64,000 bases of DNA from assembly GCA_964016885.1 (NCBI GenBank), contig OZ024741.1, forward strand, positions 367,226,001 through 367,290,000. Direction: 5' to 3'. The notes under the pieces were generated by a model. The model was given only the letters and a program-made list of their open reading frames with translations. It was not told the origin of the DNA and did no database searches. Position 1 is the first letter of the stretch, and each line of letters opens with the position of its first letter. This document shows positions 13,826-28,189 of this stretch, piece by piece. A program made the position numbers and the translations under genes. This DNA is from Eledone cirrhosa (Eukaryota).

Positions 13826-14620
13826 AGAGGTGGTGATGGTGGAGGGTGGAGAGGTAGGGTAACAGTGGTGATAGTGGTGGTGATGGTGGAGGGTGGAGAG
13901 GTAGGGTAACAGTGGTGATAGTGGTGGTGATGGTGGAGGGTGGAGAGGTAGGGTAACAGTGTTGATAGTGGTGGTGATGGTGGAGGGTGGAGAGGTAGGG
14001 TAACAGTGGTGATAGTGGTGGTGATGGTGGAGGGTGGAGAGGTAGGGTAACAGTGGTGATAGTGGTGGTGATGGTGGAGGGTGGAGAGGTAGGGTAACAG
14101 TGTTGATAGTGGTGGTGATGGTGGAGGGTGAAGAGGTAGGGTAACAGTGTTGATAGTGGTGGTGATGGTGGAGGGTGGAGAGGTAGGGTAACAGTGTTGA
14201 TAGTGGTGGTGATGGTGGAGGGTGAAGAGGTAGGGTAACAGTGTTGATAGTGGTGGTGATGGTGGAGGGTGGAGAGGTAGGGTAACAGTGTTGATAGTGG
14301 TGGTGATGGTGGAGGGTGGAGAGGTAGGGTAACAGTGGTGATAGTGGTGGTGATGGTGGAGGGTGGAGAGGTAGGGTAACAGTGTTGATAGTGGTGGTGA
14401 TGGTGGAGGGTGGAGAGGTAGGGTAACAGTGTTGATAGTGGTGGTGATGGTGGAGAGGTAGGGTAACAGTGTTGATAGTGGTGGTGATGGTGGAGGGTGG
14501 AGAGGTAGGGTAACAGTGGTGATAGTGGTGGTGATGGTGGAGGGTGGAGAGGTAGGGTAACAGTGGTGATAGTGGTGGTGATGGTGGAGGGTGGAGAGGT
14601 AGGGTAACAGTGTTGATGGT
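13826..14620. repeat. 47-bp G-rich minisatellite
   Basis: Unit gtggtggtgatggtggagggtggagaggtagggtaacagtggtgata, about 17 copies, preceded by (GTG)n-rich degenerate repeats from 13535. Confidence 0.95.
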
Positions 14621-14899
14621 GGTGATGATGGTGTAGAAATAGCGGTAGTGATGGTGGTGGTAACTGGTAAAATTAGCTTTGCATGTGCTTTGAATATTCA
14701 TGTTGTTGCTGTTGTTGTTTAACCCTAGGTCAAACCTGATTTGGGAGACTTAGATACAATGAAAAGCACTTAAGCTATAACCACCATATGTCTTTCCTTC
14801 AAGATGGTCGTAAGTATGCTTAGTGGAAAATTTCGCTCCTATTTCTAGGAGGTCAAATAATCAAGTAAAGCTACCTTTAGATTGTTAGTATTCTCATAA

Positions 14900-15280
14900 G
14901 ACGGTGAATTAGTAGTCATTAAAGCATCAGACAACTGCTTTGTGGCACAGAGTTACGGCCCTTTACAGTCTGAGTTCCAATCCAGCTGAAATTAGCTTTG
15001 CCTTTCATCCTTACAGGGACAATAAAAAGCACCAGTAATACACTGGGGTTGATTTAATCAACTTTCCCCTCCCCTTCAAATTGCTGGCCTTGTACCTATA
15101 GTAGAAACCGTTATTTGTTCTGACTCTTTATATTTTGAGTTCAAATCACACAGAGGTCAACTTTGTCATTCATCCTTCCGAAGTCGATAAAATAAAAGTA
15201 CCAGTCAAATACTGGAGTCAATATAATTGACATTGCCTGGTCCCAAAATTACTGGCCTCATGCCATAATTAAAAACCCTT
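14900..15280 (+). mobile_element. Two tandem tRNA-derived SINE copies with Nin/Deu-like core
   Basis: Core ctttgcctttcatccttc(c/a)gaagtcgataaaataaaagtaccagt. The same family recurs at 15710-15960, 20270-20600, 36905-36990, 37500-37640, 39980-40330, 41850-42400, 50840-50970, 58610-58690 and 59965-60145. Confidence 0.75.
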
Positions 15281-16895
15281 ATTATAATGTGTTGGATGGC
15301 CTACCATTCCATTCTGTTTGATCTGACCAAGTCTATTTCAGCCCAACCAAATAGTATTTCTAGTTATCCTCATCAAATTCTTTGGTGAAAGGCCCCTACA
15401 TTGCCCTGTTTAACCCTTTTAATAACAAATTATCTGTAACTGGCCCAGGTTCTATGATACAAACTGTTTGTTTTTTACGTGTTTACATTTAACTAAAAAG
15501 TTTCCTATCATAAATTTATGTAAGTACTCCAAACACCAGCTTAATGAGAAGGTTAGTTATATTACTAAATTCCTGCAAATTCTTGATTATTTTCAAAATG
15601 ATTTAACTCTTAACATCCTGTATCACATGAAAGAGTGTTTGCAAAACATTTTTGAAAAGTGCAAAATATCACTATGATCGTAACACATTAAAACTCTAAT
15701 ACTATAATAGGTAGCAAATTGGCTGAGTTGTTAGAACATCGGATACAATGCTTTATGGTATTTGTTTTGGCTCTCCGCTCTCCGAGTTCAGATCCTGTCA
15801 GGGTCAACTTTGCCTTTCATCCTTTCAAGATCAATAAAAAAGGTACCAGTCTAGTACTGTGGTCGATTCTTCCTCTATATCCCTTTCTCACTTTCTCTGA
15901 AGAAATCTGCTGTACTCAGGCACCCCTACGACTATCAGGAGTTACGGGACCATACATATATGCAAACTACAATACTGCAAATTTTCATAATGATCTGTCC
16001 ACTAGTAACGATACTATAAACATCTGAATTAACAAATCCATTTAAAAATATTTTCTGCTACTACAGAATATTAAAATTTAACAAAAAACAAATATCTGCC
16101 ATTAGAAATATGGTAACAAAATGGTTAAGAGAAAAGGGTGCAATTTGAGAGAGATTTAGTTGTTATTTCTAGCAGTTGAGCAATTGCCACATAGAATGCT
16201 ACCGTTGAGGTGGTGACTGTAATGGTTTGATAATGAGCAGTTGCTACAAAACCAGTTTTATTTTTTTATGCGAAAGTTGTAATACTAACTGATAAACACA
16301 TTTTATTATACTTAATTTATTTAGTCTTATCATTTTGTTTGTTTTGTTTAAGGCATTATTTAACATTTTCACTTGTAATATTTAAGGAGGAAGCATTACC
16401 ATTGAATAAATGTTTCATATGTTGACAGAGAGACAAAGAGAAAGTATATCTGATCAGAGTAAACTGAGATATTATAGCAAGAAACTCATTCGATCAGGTC
16501 AGAAAATGGTGGAACTCGTAGACAAATAAATGATAAAGTCATATATATTCAGAGTTTTATACAAAAGATATGTATGGCTTTATACTTAAGAAGTTTGTCA
16601 TGCATTTTCATGGTTCCAGGTCTCAATCTCACTACATGGCACCCAAGGCAAGTCTCTACAATCAAAGCCCTGAGTTAGTCAATAGATTGCCAGTGGAATT
16701 TTATAGGCAGAAACTGTAAAGAAGCCCATAATATATATAGAGAGAGAATATTTAATGAAAACCGTTGATATTAACTCAACAGTCTTTGGCCAATGTATAG
16801 CCTGCTCAATAAATCCACTAGATTGCAGTAATGCAACTGTAACCAGCAGTTCAGAGTGCACACATTTTAGTTAATAGCAAGTACAGTGGTTGTAC

Positions 16896-16927
<32 letters not shown>

Positions 16928-17126
16928 GTATATCATCATTATCATCAATTGTTTGTATGTCTACTTTTCGATGATGACATGGATTGGATGCCAACTTTTT
17001 AGTTGCTCTTACGAGATGCAAGAACATGCTGTATCTATTAAAAACAAAACAAAACAGGATACACACAGGGAAGACCACAGATTACAGTAGTACTCATCAA
17101 GCCTACTGGTTTTGATTATATTTATG

Positions 17127-17188
<62 letters not shown>

Positions 17189-17358
17189 TATAGATAGGTA
17201 AATATACACGGGTGTGTATGATTGTGTATAGAAGATTATATTAATAAGAGGAATTCCAACTTTGTCTGATTTACTCGTTTTATTTACAACCCTTTAAAAT
17301 ATATATAATGGTATTATAATGAAATAGTATGATAGAATATTAAATTCTAAGTGTTAAT

Positions 17359-17397
17359 TGAACAAGTACTTTCATGCTTTCGCAATCTTCAGGTTCA
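17359..17397 (-). ncRNA. Minimal type I hammerhead ribozyme, left arm of palindrome 17238-17630
   Basis: Exact reverse complement of 17470-17508. Confidence 0.78.
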
Positions 17398-17469
17398 TGA
17401 TATGTGGTGACAGTCAAGTTTGCAATTTTCAACTGTGAAAATTGCAAATTCGACTGTCACCACATATCA

Positions 17470-17508
17470 TGAACCTGAAGATTGCGAAAGCATGAAAGTA
17501 CTTGTTCA
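17470..17508 (+). ncRNA. Minimal type I hammerhead ribozyme, right arm of palindrome 17238-17630
   Basis: tgaac CTGAAGA t-tgc-gaaa-gca-t GAAA gtac TT gttca: stem I tgaac/gttca, GNRA-capped stem II, palindromic stem III. Confidence 0.8.
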
Positions 17509-17672
17509 ATTAACACTTAGAATTTAATATTCTATCATACTATTTCATTATAATACCATTATATATATTTTAAAGGATTGTAAATAAAACGAGTAAATCA
17601 GACAAAGTTGGAATTCCTCTTATTAATATATGTGTGTGTGTGTGTGTGTATGTGTGTATGTGTGTATGTGTG

Positions 17673-17716
<44 letters not shown>

Positions 17717-17721
17717 TATAT

Positions 17722-17980
17722 AAATTGAATTAGAAGCTTTTGCCATATTTCGACTTCGGAATATAGTCTAATAGAGCATATATATCTCCATAATGGAAAA
17801 AGAATGGGCATCAGCACACACGGGAATAGAACCGACATCTCTTATTGTCCGGAGAAGTGTACTAGACTGATTACACCAACCTACTCAACCATGATGATGC
17901 CCATTCTTTCCCCTGTTATGGAGGCTTGTATGCTCTATTATTAGACTATATTCTGCAGTGAAAGCTTCTAATTCAATTTT
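17722..17980. repeat. Imperfect fold-back repeat between microsatellites
   Basis: aaattgaattagaagcttt...gaatatagtctaat...aaagaatgggcatca mirrored by tgatgcccattcttt...attagactatattc...aaagcttctaattcaattt. Confidence 0.8.
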
Positions 17981-18006
17981 CCAATACCCACTGTATTCTA
18001 ATCACG

Positions 18007-18056
<50 letters not shown>

Positions 18057-18148
18057 AGAGGAGGCACAAAAAAAAAAGCCTGTAATTTTTAAATCATATC
18101 TAAAATAATCAAAAATTCAGAGGGATTTAGTAATATATCAGGCTTTCT

Positions 18149-18359
18149 TTAACCCTTTAGCATTTAAACCGGCTGTATCTAGCCAGAATTCTCTCACCTC
18201 TTTCTGTTCAAACCGGCTGTAACTGGCTATTCATACTAATGTTACGATATTGTTCTCAAAATAAATATCAAAATCTCATAGATTTGATATGTGAGGTAAA
18301 ATGTTTAACATGAAAAATACAATAGTTTATATAGAGTAATATAAATGCTAACAGGTTAA
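18149..18359. mobile_element. piggyBac-like MITE (TTAA-flanked)
   Basis: TTAA|ccctttagcattt ... aaatgctaacagg|TTAA. Homologous copies at 21766-21980 and, partially, 42578-42720. Confidence 0.7.
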
Positions 18360-18990
18360 GCTGGTATTTGGAGCAAATGTTCTTATATAAAAGTATGGTG
18401 GAAGGTGTTTAGCTAAATATAAACAGTTTAAAATAAACAGCTTAGTATCATAGAACTAGGGGTAGTTTCAGACAGTCTGGTGTCAAAAAGATAACTAACT
18501 GGGTTCAAATATATCTATGGTTTATTACATTCTTATCATTTATAGGTTGAGAAAAAGAAAAAAATCTAGTTCCAGAAATATGGTTTTAAAAGGAAGAAAT
18601 TAGAGTGTAACTGGTTATGTTTGCTCATGTAGATGAGTCACATGTCAACTGAAATGGCTACGTCTGTGACACAGTTGTGAGTGACCACTACACATACAGA
18701 GAGAGAAACACACGTACATACAAACACATAAGGACTGTATATAATTAAATGAATTCAAAGCAATATATAGCCAGTAAAGTGAAGAGAGAGAGATGAGGGT
18801 GATGGTGATGATGGCGATGATGATGATAGTGATGATGGCGATGATGATGATGATGATGATGGCGATGATGATGATGATAGCGATGATGATGATGGTGATG
18901 GTGATGATGGCGATGATGATGATGATGGCGATGATGATGATGGCGATGATGATGATGATGACATACAGATTGAGGAAGAGAAGAATAAAT

Positions 18991-19021
<31 letters not shown>

Positions 19022-19061
19022 AATATAATCATCATCATCGTTTTTATGTTCACTTTTCCAA

Positions 19062-19890
19062 ATGAAAGGCAGGTTGTACGATGCCTGCATACGAACAGCA
19101 ATGTTGCATGGCAGTGAGACCTGGGCATTGTGTGCAGAAGATATACACAGACTAGAGAGGAACGAAGCTTGCATGCTCCACTGGATGTGTAACAGTAATA
19201 TACGTGAACGACAAAGCATAAACGAACTAAGGAAAAAATTAGAAATAAGAGGGATCAGATGTTGTTTACTCGAGAGAAGGCTACGTTGGTATGGACATGT
19301 GATGCGCATGAAAGATGATAGCTGTATAACAAAGTGCAGGGCAATAAAAATAGACGGTAGCCACGGAGTAGGCAGACCCAGAAAAACCTGGGACGAGCTG
19401 ATAAATTCTGACCTCACACACTTACACCTCTCCAAGACAATGTCACTGGACCGAGACCTTTGGCGGTACTCAGTAATAGAGAAGACCCGCCTTACCTAAA
19501 TACAAAGTAAAACCTACTACAGTCAGTAGGCATCTCTAACAAAATACACCCCCGTCCCACCACCCCCACCCCATCCACACCGCCCCTTTCAATGTAAAGT
19601 TATGTTGGTGCCACAACATCCAGGCCGAAACAAATGAGATCGTGTAGGTGTCACGACAAAAAAAAAAACACAGTCCACGCTGTAATGTGGCCGTGTAGGC
19701 AACACGGTAAAAACCTCCCAGCCCCACACTGTAAATGTGGTTGGTGTTAGGAAGGGCATCCAACTGTAGAAAACCTGCCAGACAGTCCTATGTGAGCAAG
19801 ACAATCACTCTTGCCTCAAGTGGGAAAACTCCCGTCCAAACCCATGCAAGCGTGGAACATGGACGTTAAACGTTGATGATGATGATGATG
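19062..19890 (+). mobile_element. RTE LINE 3' fragment (same family as 8793-10945) with full 3' UTR and (GAT)n tail
   Basis: ORF 19062-19499 is nearly identical to the C-terminus of the 8976-10085 protein; ends ggacgttaaacgttgatgatgatgatgatg. Confidence 0.95.
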
Positions 19891-22764
19891 CTTACAGGGG
19901 TTGGATGGGTCCTTCTCAGCATGGCATCTCTCCACTTGTCGCATTCCTTTGTCATCTCTTCTGCCAGTCTTAGTGATTTCAGGTCCATTCTCACAACCTC
20001 TGCCTAGGAATACTTGGTCATTCTCTATTGCATGGTGATGGTGATGGCGATGATGATGGCGATGGTGATGAGGGTGATGGTGATGATGGCGATGATGATG
20101 ATGGCGATGATGATGGTGATGATGATGATGATGATGGCGATGATGATGACGATGATGATGACGGCAATGATGATGGCGATGATGATGATGGCAATGATGA
20201 TGGCGATGATGATGATGGCAATGATGATGGCGATGATGATGATAGTGATCGCAATGATGGTTAAATTAGATTGGTCCACTGTATTGTATGTATGGCCCCA
20301 TAACTCCTGATAGTCGTAGGGGCGCATATTGACATACAGCGTTTCTTGGGCACGTTTAAGCCTGGCGGAGCCCACCCCTCTCCAGGATGGAATACAGAAG
20401 ATTTCTTCTAGAGAAGGAGAGAGAGAAAGAGAATGGAAGTTAGGAAGAGATATAGTGGAAGAATCGACCCCAGTACTAAACTGGTACTTTTTATCGACCT
20501 CGAAAGGATGAAAGGCGAAGCTGACCTGTGTGAGATTTGAACTCAGAAAACAGAGAGCAAAGCCTTCTATCTGACGTTCCAACCCTCCCCATTCGCCACC
20601 TGGTCTACCCTATATAACCTTATAATTACTTGTGAAAGTTTGCTTGACAATTTTATTAAATTTGTTTATCTCAATTGTTTGTTAATGTTGCTATTGTTAA
20701 TATATTATCAAGATCACCACTATCACCATCACCAAGCCCAACACCACCAACACCAACACATACACCACCATCACCATGCTCAACACTACCACTATCACCA
20801 ACACCACAACAATCACCAACACCACAACAATCACCAACACCACAACAATCACCAACACCACAACAATCACCAACACCACAACAATCACCTACACCACAAC
20901 AATCACCTATACCACAACAATCACCACCACTAATACCACCATTACCAGCACCACCACTATTACATCAGCTATCACCACCACAACCACACTAATACCACTA
21001 TTACCACAACCACCACCAATATATATATGCGAGAGATAGAGGATGAGAGCAAAAGAAAGACAGAACAATATACAGAGAACAATAGAGTGTGAGATAGGGG
21101 AAAAGAGAAAGGGAAAAGGATTGAGAGAGGTTAGTAACAGTGACAATTTTAGCTAATCAATGTTGGCCAATCTCCAAGTACCATTATGTTACCTACCAAA
21201 CACAGATTTCTCAGACTCATTTATTAACCATTTACATGTATTTGTACAATGGTCAATGGCGTAGGTCACCTACGAGTAAAACTACAAGACAACAAACCAG
21301 CAAGGGAACCTTTGCACAGTTGCTTGACCTGTCAGAAATAGTAGCAATATCTCGCTCAAATAAACATTACCACCTTAGAAAAGATCCACCTCAGTGGTTA
21401 GAATTATGATCCTAATCTTGTGGGTCCAATTCCTGGACTGGGTTGTGTGTTGTGTTCTTGAACAAAACACTTCATTTCATGTTGCTCCAGTATACCAATA
21501 GATTTTATGAAATCACACAATGCTTTGTGCACTTAGGGCAGTACAACACTGTGCCATTCACTATCTTGCTCACTAATAACTAAGGTAAATTTCAGAGTCA
21601 GAGCATACTCATTCAGCTTTGGTAATGGGGTGGCAATAATTGAACAAAGCAATTAGGGTTATCAACAAAATTAATATCAACCAATTAATGAATCAATTAA
21701 TTTAAAAAAATGTTTATATTATATATATTGACAGTCAATCGACAAGACCCCAGACCTCATTTGCTTAACCCTTTAGCATTTAAACCAGCCATATCCAGCC
21801 AGAATTCTCTCACCTCTTTCTGTTCAAACTGGCAGTAACTGTCTGCTCATACTGATGTTATGGTATTGTTCTCAAAATAAATAATATCAAAATCTCGTAG
21901 ATTCGGTATTAAGTGAAATAAATCCTCTACCACAAAAATACAATAGTAAATATAGCGTAATGCAAATGTTAAAGTGTTAAATAAGCACCCGACATGAGAA
22001 ACTGGTGTTGATATGATCAAGTAAATGCCTTCAAAGTGGTGCCCCAGCATGGTTGCAGTTCAATAACTGAAACCAGTAAAAGAATATAAGAATTCCAAAT
22101 AAACAAAGAGCTGAAGCACTTTCTGCTAGAGCAACAAGGAAGTTTCTAGAAGCTGGAAGTAGATGGAACAGCAATATAATCAATTTCCTGACTGACCCAT
22201 CCACCCACCAATAAAAAAAAACAACAACACCTGGCCAGTAAGAGTGCGTCTACATGGTCACTCAATCAACTAAAAATGGCAGCCAAATTTTCTTCAAATC
22301 ACATTGAATAATGTGGTCCTGGGATAGCTGCAGCAATGAGTTGGTTATGTCTGGAATGTCTTTGATTATATAGGGAGAGTTCTGCTTGATCATCAGAACT
22401 GACCTAGGGAAAAACAACAAGAACTACTACTACTATTAATACTATTACTACTACTGCTGCTGTTGGTGGTAGTGCTGCTGCTGCTGCAGTAGCAAACAGG
22501 ATTGAAATATAACAAATGTTATTGATTAGTAATAAAAGAGCATTAGTTACTAGTTTGTTGCCTAGCAACAAGAGAGAGAAAAAGAGAAAGACAAGGAAAA
22601 TCAAACAAAAAGCAACAACAACAAAAGATAAAAGCACCCAATGACCGATGTAATCTCTTAAATGCTGAAGAAGAGTGTGCAAGGCTTTAGGCTAAGAAAC
22701 TATGGTTCATCTGTGGTTCATTTGAGTTTATGAGGTACCAAACAGAGTTCATTCTAACAGTAGA

Positions 22765-23525
22765 AGGCTGTACTATGGAAAGTAAAGGATAATAGACAGA
22801 GAAGGACCATGTGGGACAGGCTGTACTATGGAAAGTAAAGGATAATAGACAGAGAAGTACAATGTGGGACAGGCTGTACTATGGAAAGTAAAGGATAATA
22901 GACAGAGAAGGACAATGTGGGACAGGCTGTACTATGGAAGGTGAAGGATTAATAGACAGAGAAGGACAATGTGGGACAGGCTGTACTATGGAAAGTAAAG
23001 GATAATAGACAGAGAAGGACAATGTGGGACAGGCTGTACTATGGAAGGTGAAGGATTAATAGACAGAGAAGGACAATGTGGGACAGGCTGTACTATGGAA
23101 AGTAAAGGATACTAGACAGAGAAGGACCATGTGGGACAGGCTGTACTGTGGAAGGTGAAGGATTAATAGACAGAGAAGGACCATGTGGGACAGGCTGTAC
23201 TATGGAAGGTGAAGGATTAATAGACAGAGAAGGACAATGTGGGACAGGCTGTACTATGGAAAGTAAAGGATAATAGACAGAGAAGGACAATGTGGGACAG
23301 GCTGTACTATGGAAAGTAAAGGATAATAGACAGAGAAGGACAATGTGGGACAGGCTGTACTATGGAAAGTAAAGGATAATAGACAGAGAAGGACCATGTG
23401 GGACAGGCTGTACTATGGAAGGTGAAGGATTAATAGACAGAGAAGGACAATGTGGGACAGGCTGTACTATGGAAGGTGAAGGATAATAGACAGAGAAGGA
23501 CAATGTGGGACAGGCTGTACTATGT
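22765..23525. repeat. 53/54-bp minisatellite with two unit variants
   Basis: Unit ggctgtactatggaa(agtaaaggat|ggtgaaggatt)aatagacagagaaggac(a/c)atgtgggaca, about 14 copies. Confidence 0.95.
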
Positions 23526-25434
23526 GGAGAGTTTATGAGGTACCAGACTGACAGAGCTGTTTATAAGAGTAGCTGGAAGGTAAGGTTAATTAATAGAGAT
23601 GGAATGAGAGGTAGAAAGAGGGTGTTAGAGTATATGAGATGTGTGTGCATGTGTGATTGGGCGTGAATATATGTGCAAGTATATGAGATGCATGTGCATG
23701 TGTGTATGTGTTTGAGTGTATGAGATGCATGTGGGTATGTGTTTGAGTATATGAGATGTGTCTGCATGTGTGCATGTGTATGTGTATAAGAGGTGTAAGT
23801 GTGTGTGTATGAATATGAGGTGAATGCATGTGTGTGTGTGTGTATGCACATACACATAAAAAACACAATCCTCTGATGTAATATACACAATTATACACTT
23901 TATAAGACAATGCAGTATACACACCAGATAATGCTGTGTACACACACGTGTACCTGGTAAAGCAGTGGAAGTTCACATGAAACTGTTCAAAATATAATCT
24001 TTTCTTTCATTGCCACACAGTTGACAGATGAAATGACATTACTGTAACATGTTAGACTATGTGACGAGGGGGGGGGGGGGGGGGGGGGAGGCAAAATGAC
24101 CTCTGATATTGATTTAATGTTCTGTCAAAGACGCTACTTTTTTCCTAAAATAAGTCTAAACAATCTCCCATGTGTCCTGGAGGCCGAGGGTTGTTTCTTA
24201 ATTTTTCAAATTTTTGTTTGTCAAAATTAGGGTGCGTCCTCGAGCCTGTTTTTCATTGGAAATATAGTAATGAAAAGGTTAAGGTCACACATTTTAGAAG
24301 AGGAGCATGGTTGGTTAACATGTTTCATTGATACTAACAGAATATAAAGGATGAAAAAGGTAAATTCAACTCCTGGCAAGGATTTCATCTCAGAACCTGA
24401 AGTAATGTAACTAAATACCAGTAGCCATTTTGTCTGGTGTTTTACCAATTCTATCACACCACCACCTTAACTTTGCCCTGTCCTAGCATTTATCTCACTT
24501 TCTACAGCATCTGTTTATTTTATGGATGGGTCAAAAATGATGCTCTAATTGACTTCTCACTCTGTTGACATTGGAAAGCTACCATCATTAGCTGAGTATT
24601 CAAGGCCCAAGTAATTCCAGAATGAAAGCTGCAGTAGAGGAAGATCAAGGAAGACTTGGATGGCAGTGGTGAGAGCTGATCTCAGATCACTGAAGCTCGC
24701 GGAAGAGATGACAAAGGAACAAAACAAGTGGAGAGATACTGTACTGAGAGGAAACTGACCATGCCATACAAACAAGGGACATAAAATGAAGAAGGAGGAG
24801 GAGGAATTTGAATTCAGAATGCAAAAAGCCATAACAAATAATATTAAACATCTTGTCCAACACTAAGAAATTCTGCCAGTAGCCTAGACTAGTATTTCAT
24901 TTATCAAAATGGAAGGATGAAAGGCAAAGTTGACTTCAGAGAAATTTGAATTTTGTTCATTGAATAGAATGTATCTGAGTATTTGTTCTAAGGTCTATAC
25001 AGGTGAGGCCCTCTCTCTCCTCTTATTCCTCCTCCCCATATATATATATACATATAATCATCATCATAGATTAACGTCTATCTTCCACGCTAGCATGGGT
25101 TAGACGGGTCCTATTTTAAGGCAAGTCGTGTCGGGTGACCGCGTCTCACTCAATAGGGGTGTTTCTAGCTGGTTTTCGATGGCTCGATGCCCTTCCTAAT
25201 GCCAACCACATTCATATATATATAACCCTTTCTCCCCCCAACTGTAACAGAAAACTATCAGTGCCAATTCGTGATTATATGGGAACCTAAAACCATTAGT
25301 GAAAGTATGATTCAATGTTACCAAATCATACTCAATTCTATGTCATAGGTGTAGTTTGTTTGTTGGAACAAAACAAAAACAAACAAAAAAGAAGCAAATA
25401 AAGAATTCAATACCAACCTAAAACATAGGGGATA

Positions 25435-25478
<44 letters not shown>

Positions 25479-25911
25479 CCACAGATATGGCTGTGTGGTG
25501 AAGGAGTTTGCTTCACAACCACATGGTTTCAGGTTCAGTCCAACTGTATAGAAACTTGTCATTTGCTCTAACATTGGCTTGACCAGTGCTTTGTGATAGG
25601 AATTTAGAAGACAGAAATTGTTTAGCAGCCATGTCTGTGTTTGTGTCCTGTAAATTAGAGGCTTGACAAAATGAGATTGATAAAATATGTACCTGGATTG
25701 AAAAAAAAGAATTTGGGGGATAGATATGATTGACTAAATACTTTCAAGGCAGTGTTACAGCATGGCCACAGTGTGACTGAAACCAGTACAAGAATAAAAG
25801 TGCATGTACATACACAAACACAAAAATACAGACACACACCTGTCGGTTGCTTGCCATAGCAGAAATCAAATTGCAGAAGGGTGACGAGAGAACTAGCTTG
25901 TTCCATTATAC

Positions 25912-26241
25912 CAGAGGTTCTCAAACTTTTTGAGTCACCCCCCTCACAGCCACATAATACCCTCAGCACATCCAACCCTATTTCCAGAGAGACCTGCCTA
26001 CATGCAAGTTGTAAATAATATATAATAAATAAAATCATTAATTTATATATAATAATATAATATATACTATGCAAAAATAAATATTATATATTTTTTATTT
26101 TACTATATTTATATATGATATGTACCATTTGATATTTAATACTATTATATTCTCTCTACCACCCGCCATCAGGCCCCAGCGCCCCCCTGGAACTTCTCAC
26201 CGCCCAAGACGGGACGGGAGCACCCACTTTTGAAAACCTAT
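25912..26241. mobile_element. hAT-type MITE
   Basis: Left TIR cagaggttctcaaact, degenerate right end tttgaaaaccta; attatac repeated on both flanks as a probable TSD. Confidence 0.6.
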
Positions 26242-26589
26242 ATTATACTATAAGAAAGTGGTGGAGCTTCAGCAATGGTGTGGGGTTACTACATCAATGT
26301 CGATGTTGTGAATGTCAGTTTGTCAAAGTCATTAATGTCATGAATGAATGTCAACATCAATAAACATATGATACGAACAAATAAATAAACCAGGTCAATT
26401 GTCTGTGACATGAATTGTTATAAGTCTTCTCACAAAGTTATGAAATACTCATTGGATGTGATTGTATGTGTGCATGTCTATACTAGTGTACATGAATGTA
26501 TGCATATGTGTGCGAGTGTGTGCACATATATATATATATGTGTATGAGTGTATGCACATATATATATATGTGTGTGTGGGTGTGTAAAA

Positions 26590-26730
26590 GATAAACAAAT
26601 AACACAAACGGTACAATATATGGAAGAAATATATTAGTTTAACGCTTGAAATAGCAAGAAAGAGAGTTAACATTTTGGACGCTAGTCCTTCATCAGAAGA
26701 AAGAATGAGAAATTAGAAAGATTGAAGGGA
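26590..26730 (-). mobile_element. PLE-type terminal fragment with decayed hammerhead core
   Basis: Minus strand CTGATGA aggac-tagc-gtcc AAAA (GAAA mutated). Related copies at 26900-27060 (+, keeps actagtgtccGAAAc) and 27680-27870 (-). Confidence 0.6.
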
Positions 26731-28049
26731 ATATATATACATATATATATTCTGACGTCCCACCCTTGCAGCAGGGAAAAGCGGACGTAAAATGATGATG
26801 ATGATATATATATATTGAAATACACTTAACATGCGCGACTATATCATTTTCTCTAAAATGGCCACTAAATACACGTGTTTTTTCTCAAAAAATTTGTTTT
26901 TGTGTTCTGTCTTTTTCTCACTCTCTATCTTTCTGTTTCATCATTTATTTCTACTAGTGTCCGAAACATTAAGACTTTTCCTACAATATAGTGTTAAACT
27001 AATATTATATTTCTTCATTGTACTGTGACATTTGCTCTGTTATTTTTGTTTACTTTTGATATATGTATCATCATCATGCTCATCATTATTTTGCTTGCAA
27101 GGGTGGGACGGGAACTGATTCTGGCTTGATTTCTACCAACCTCATTTACAGTGAGTGCTGGGTGCTTTTTTGCTGTGGCACCGCCACAACCACTTCTATC
27201 ATCTCATTTCTACAGCTGAGTAAACTGGAGCAATATGAAATAAAGTGTATTGCTCAAGGAAACAACATCACCCGGTCTGAGAATTGAACTCACAACCTTT
27301 CAATAGCAAGGCCAATACTCTAACCACTAAGCCATGTGCCTCCACATACATACATGCATACATACGTACGTACGTACGTACGTACGTATGTATATGGAGG
27401 CACATGGCTTAGTGGTTAGAGTAATATTAGACCCCGACGGCAGAGCTCAAGCCATTTCGACGGCTATTTCTGGACTCTGGGTATATTTTATTGTGGCACC
27501 AGTACTAGGGAGGTTGTCCTATAATCATCCAGACTAAAATACCGTCGAAACGGCTTGAGCTCTGCCGTCGGAGTCTAACATTTTCCTATTACTCACTCTA
27601 CTAATGTATTGAGTACTCTGGTACCTTATGGTCCATCTGGTTCCTTACCACACTTCCTTTGTTTTGTATATATAGAGAGATGAGCAAAAAGTAAATGGAA
27701 TCAACAAAGTACAATGAAGAAATATATTACTTTAATGCTTGATATAGCAGGAAAAGAGTTTTTTAAGTTTTGGACACTAGTCCTTCATCAGAAGATAGAA
27801 TGAGAAATAAAAGATGAACTAGAAGGATAGAGAGTGAGTGAAGGAAGGAACAGGAAAAGCATGTGTGTATTCACTTAGCCATATATATATATATAGTGAA
27901 GGCACATGGCTTAGTGGTTAGAGTGTTGAGTTCACAATCATAATAAAAGGTTGAGTTCAAATCCTGGACCAGGCGTTGCACTCTGTTTTTGAGCAAAACA
28001 CTTTATTTCACATTGCTCCATATATATATATACATGTTCTCTTTCTTTT

Positions 28050-28081
<32 letters not shown>

Positions 28082-28189
28082 GAGAGAGAGAGAATTGCGA
28101 CATTACAAGTAAATGTGACGAGAGACCAGAGGCTTGCAGTGTTGAACAGAGACAACTAAGAGGACATTTTAGTCTGGATGATTATAGGA

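Noticed and set aside
13598-14701. 367-aa His/Pro/Thr-rich ORF
   Set aside because: 47-bp unit is not a multiple of 3, so the peptide cycles through frames; minisatellite artefact.
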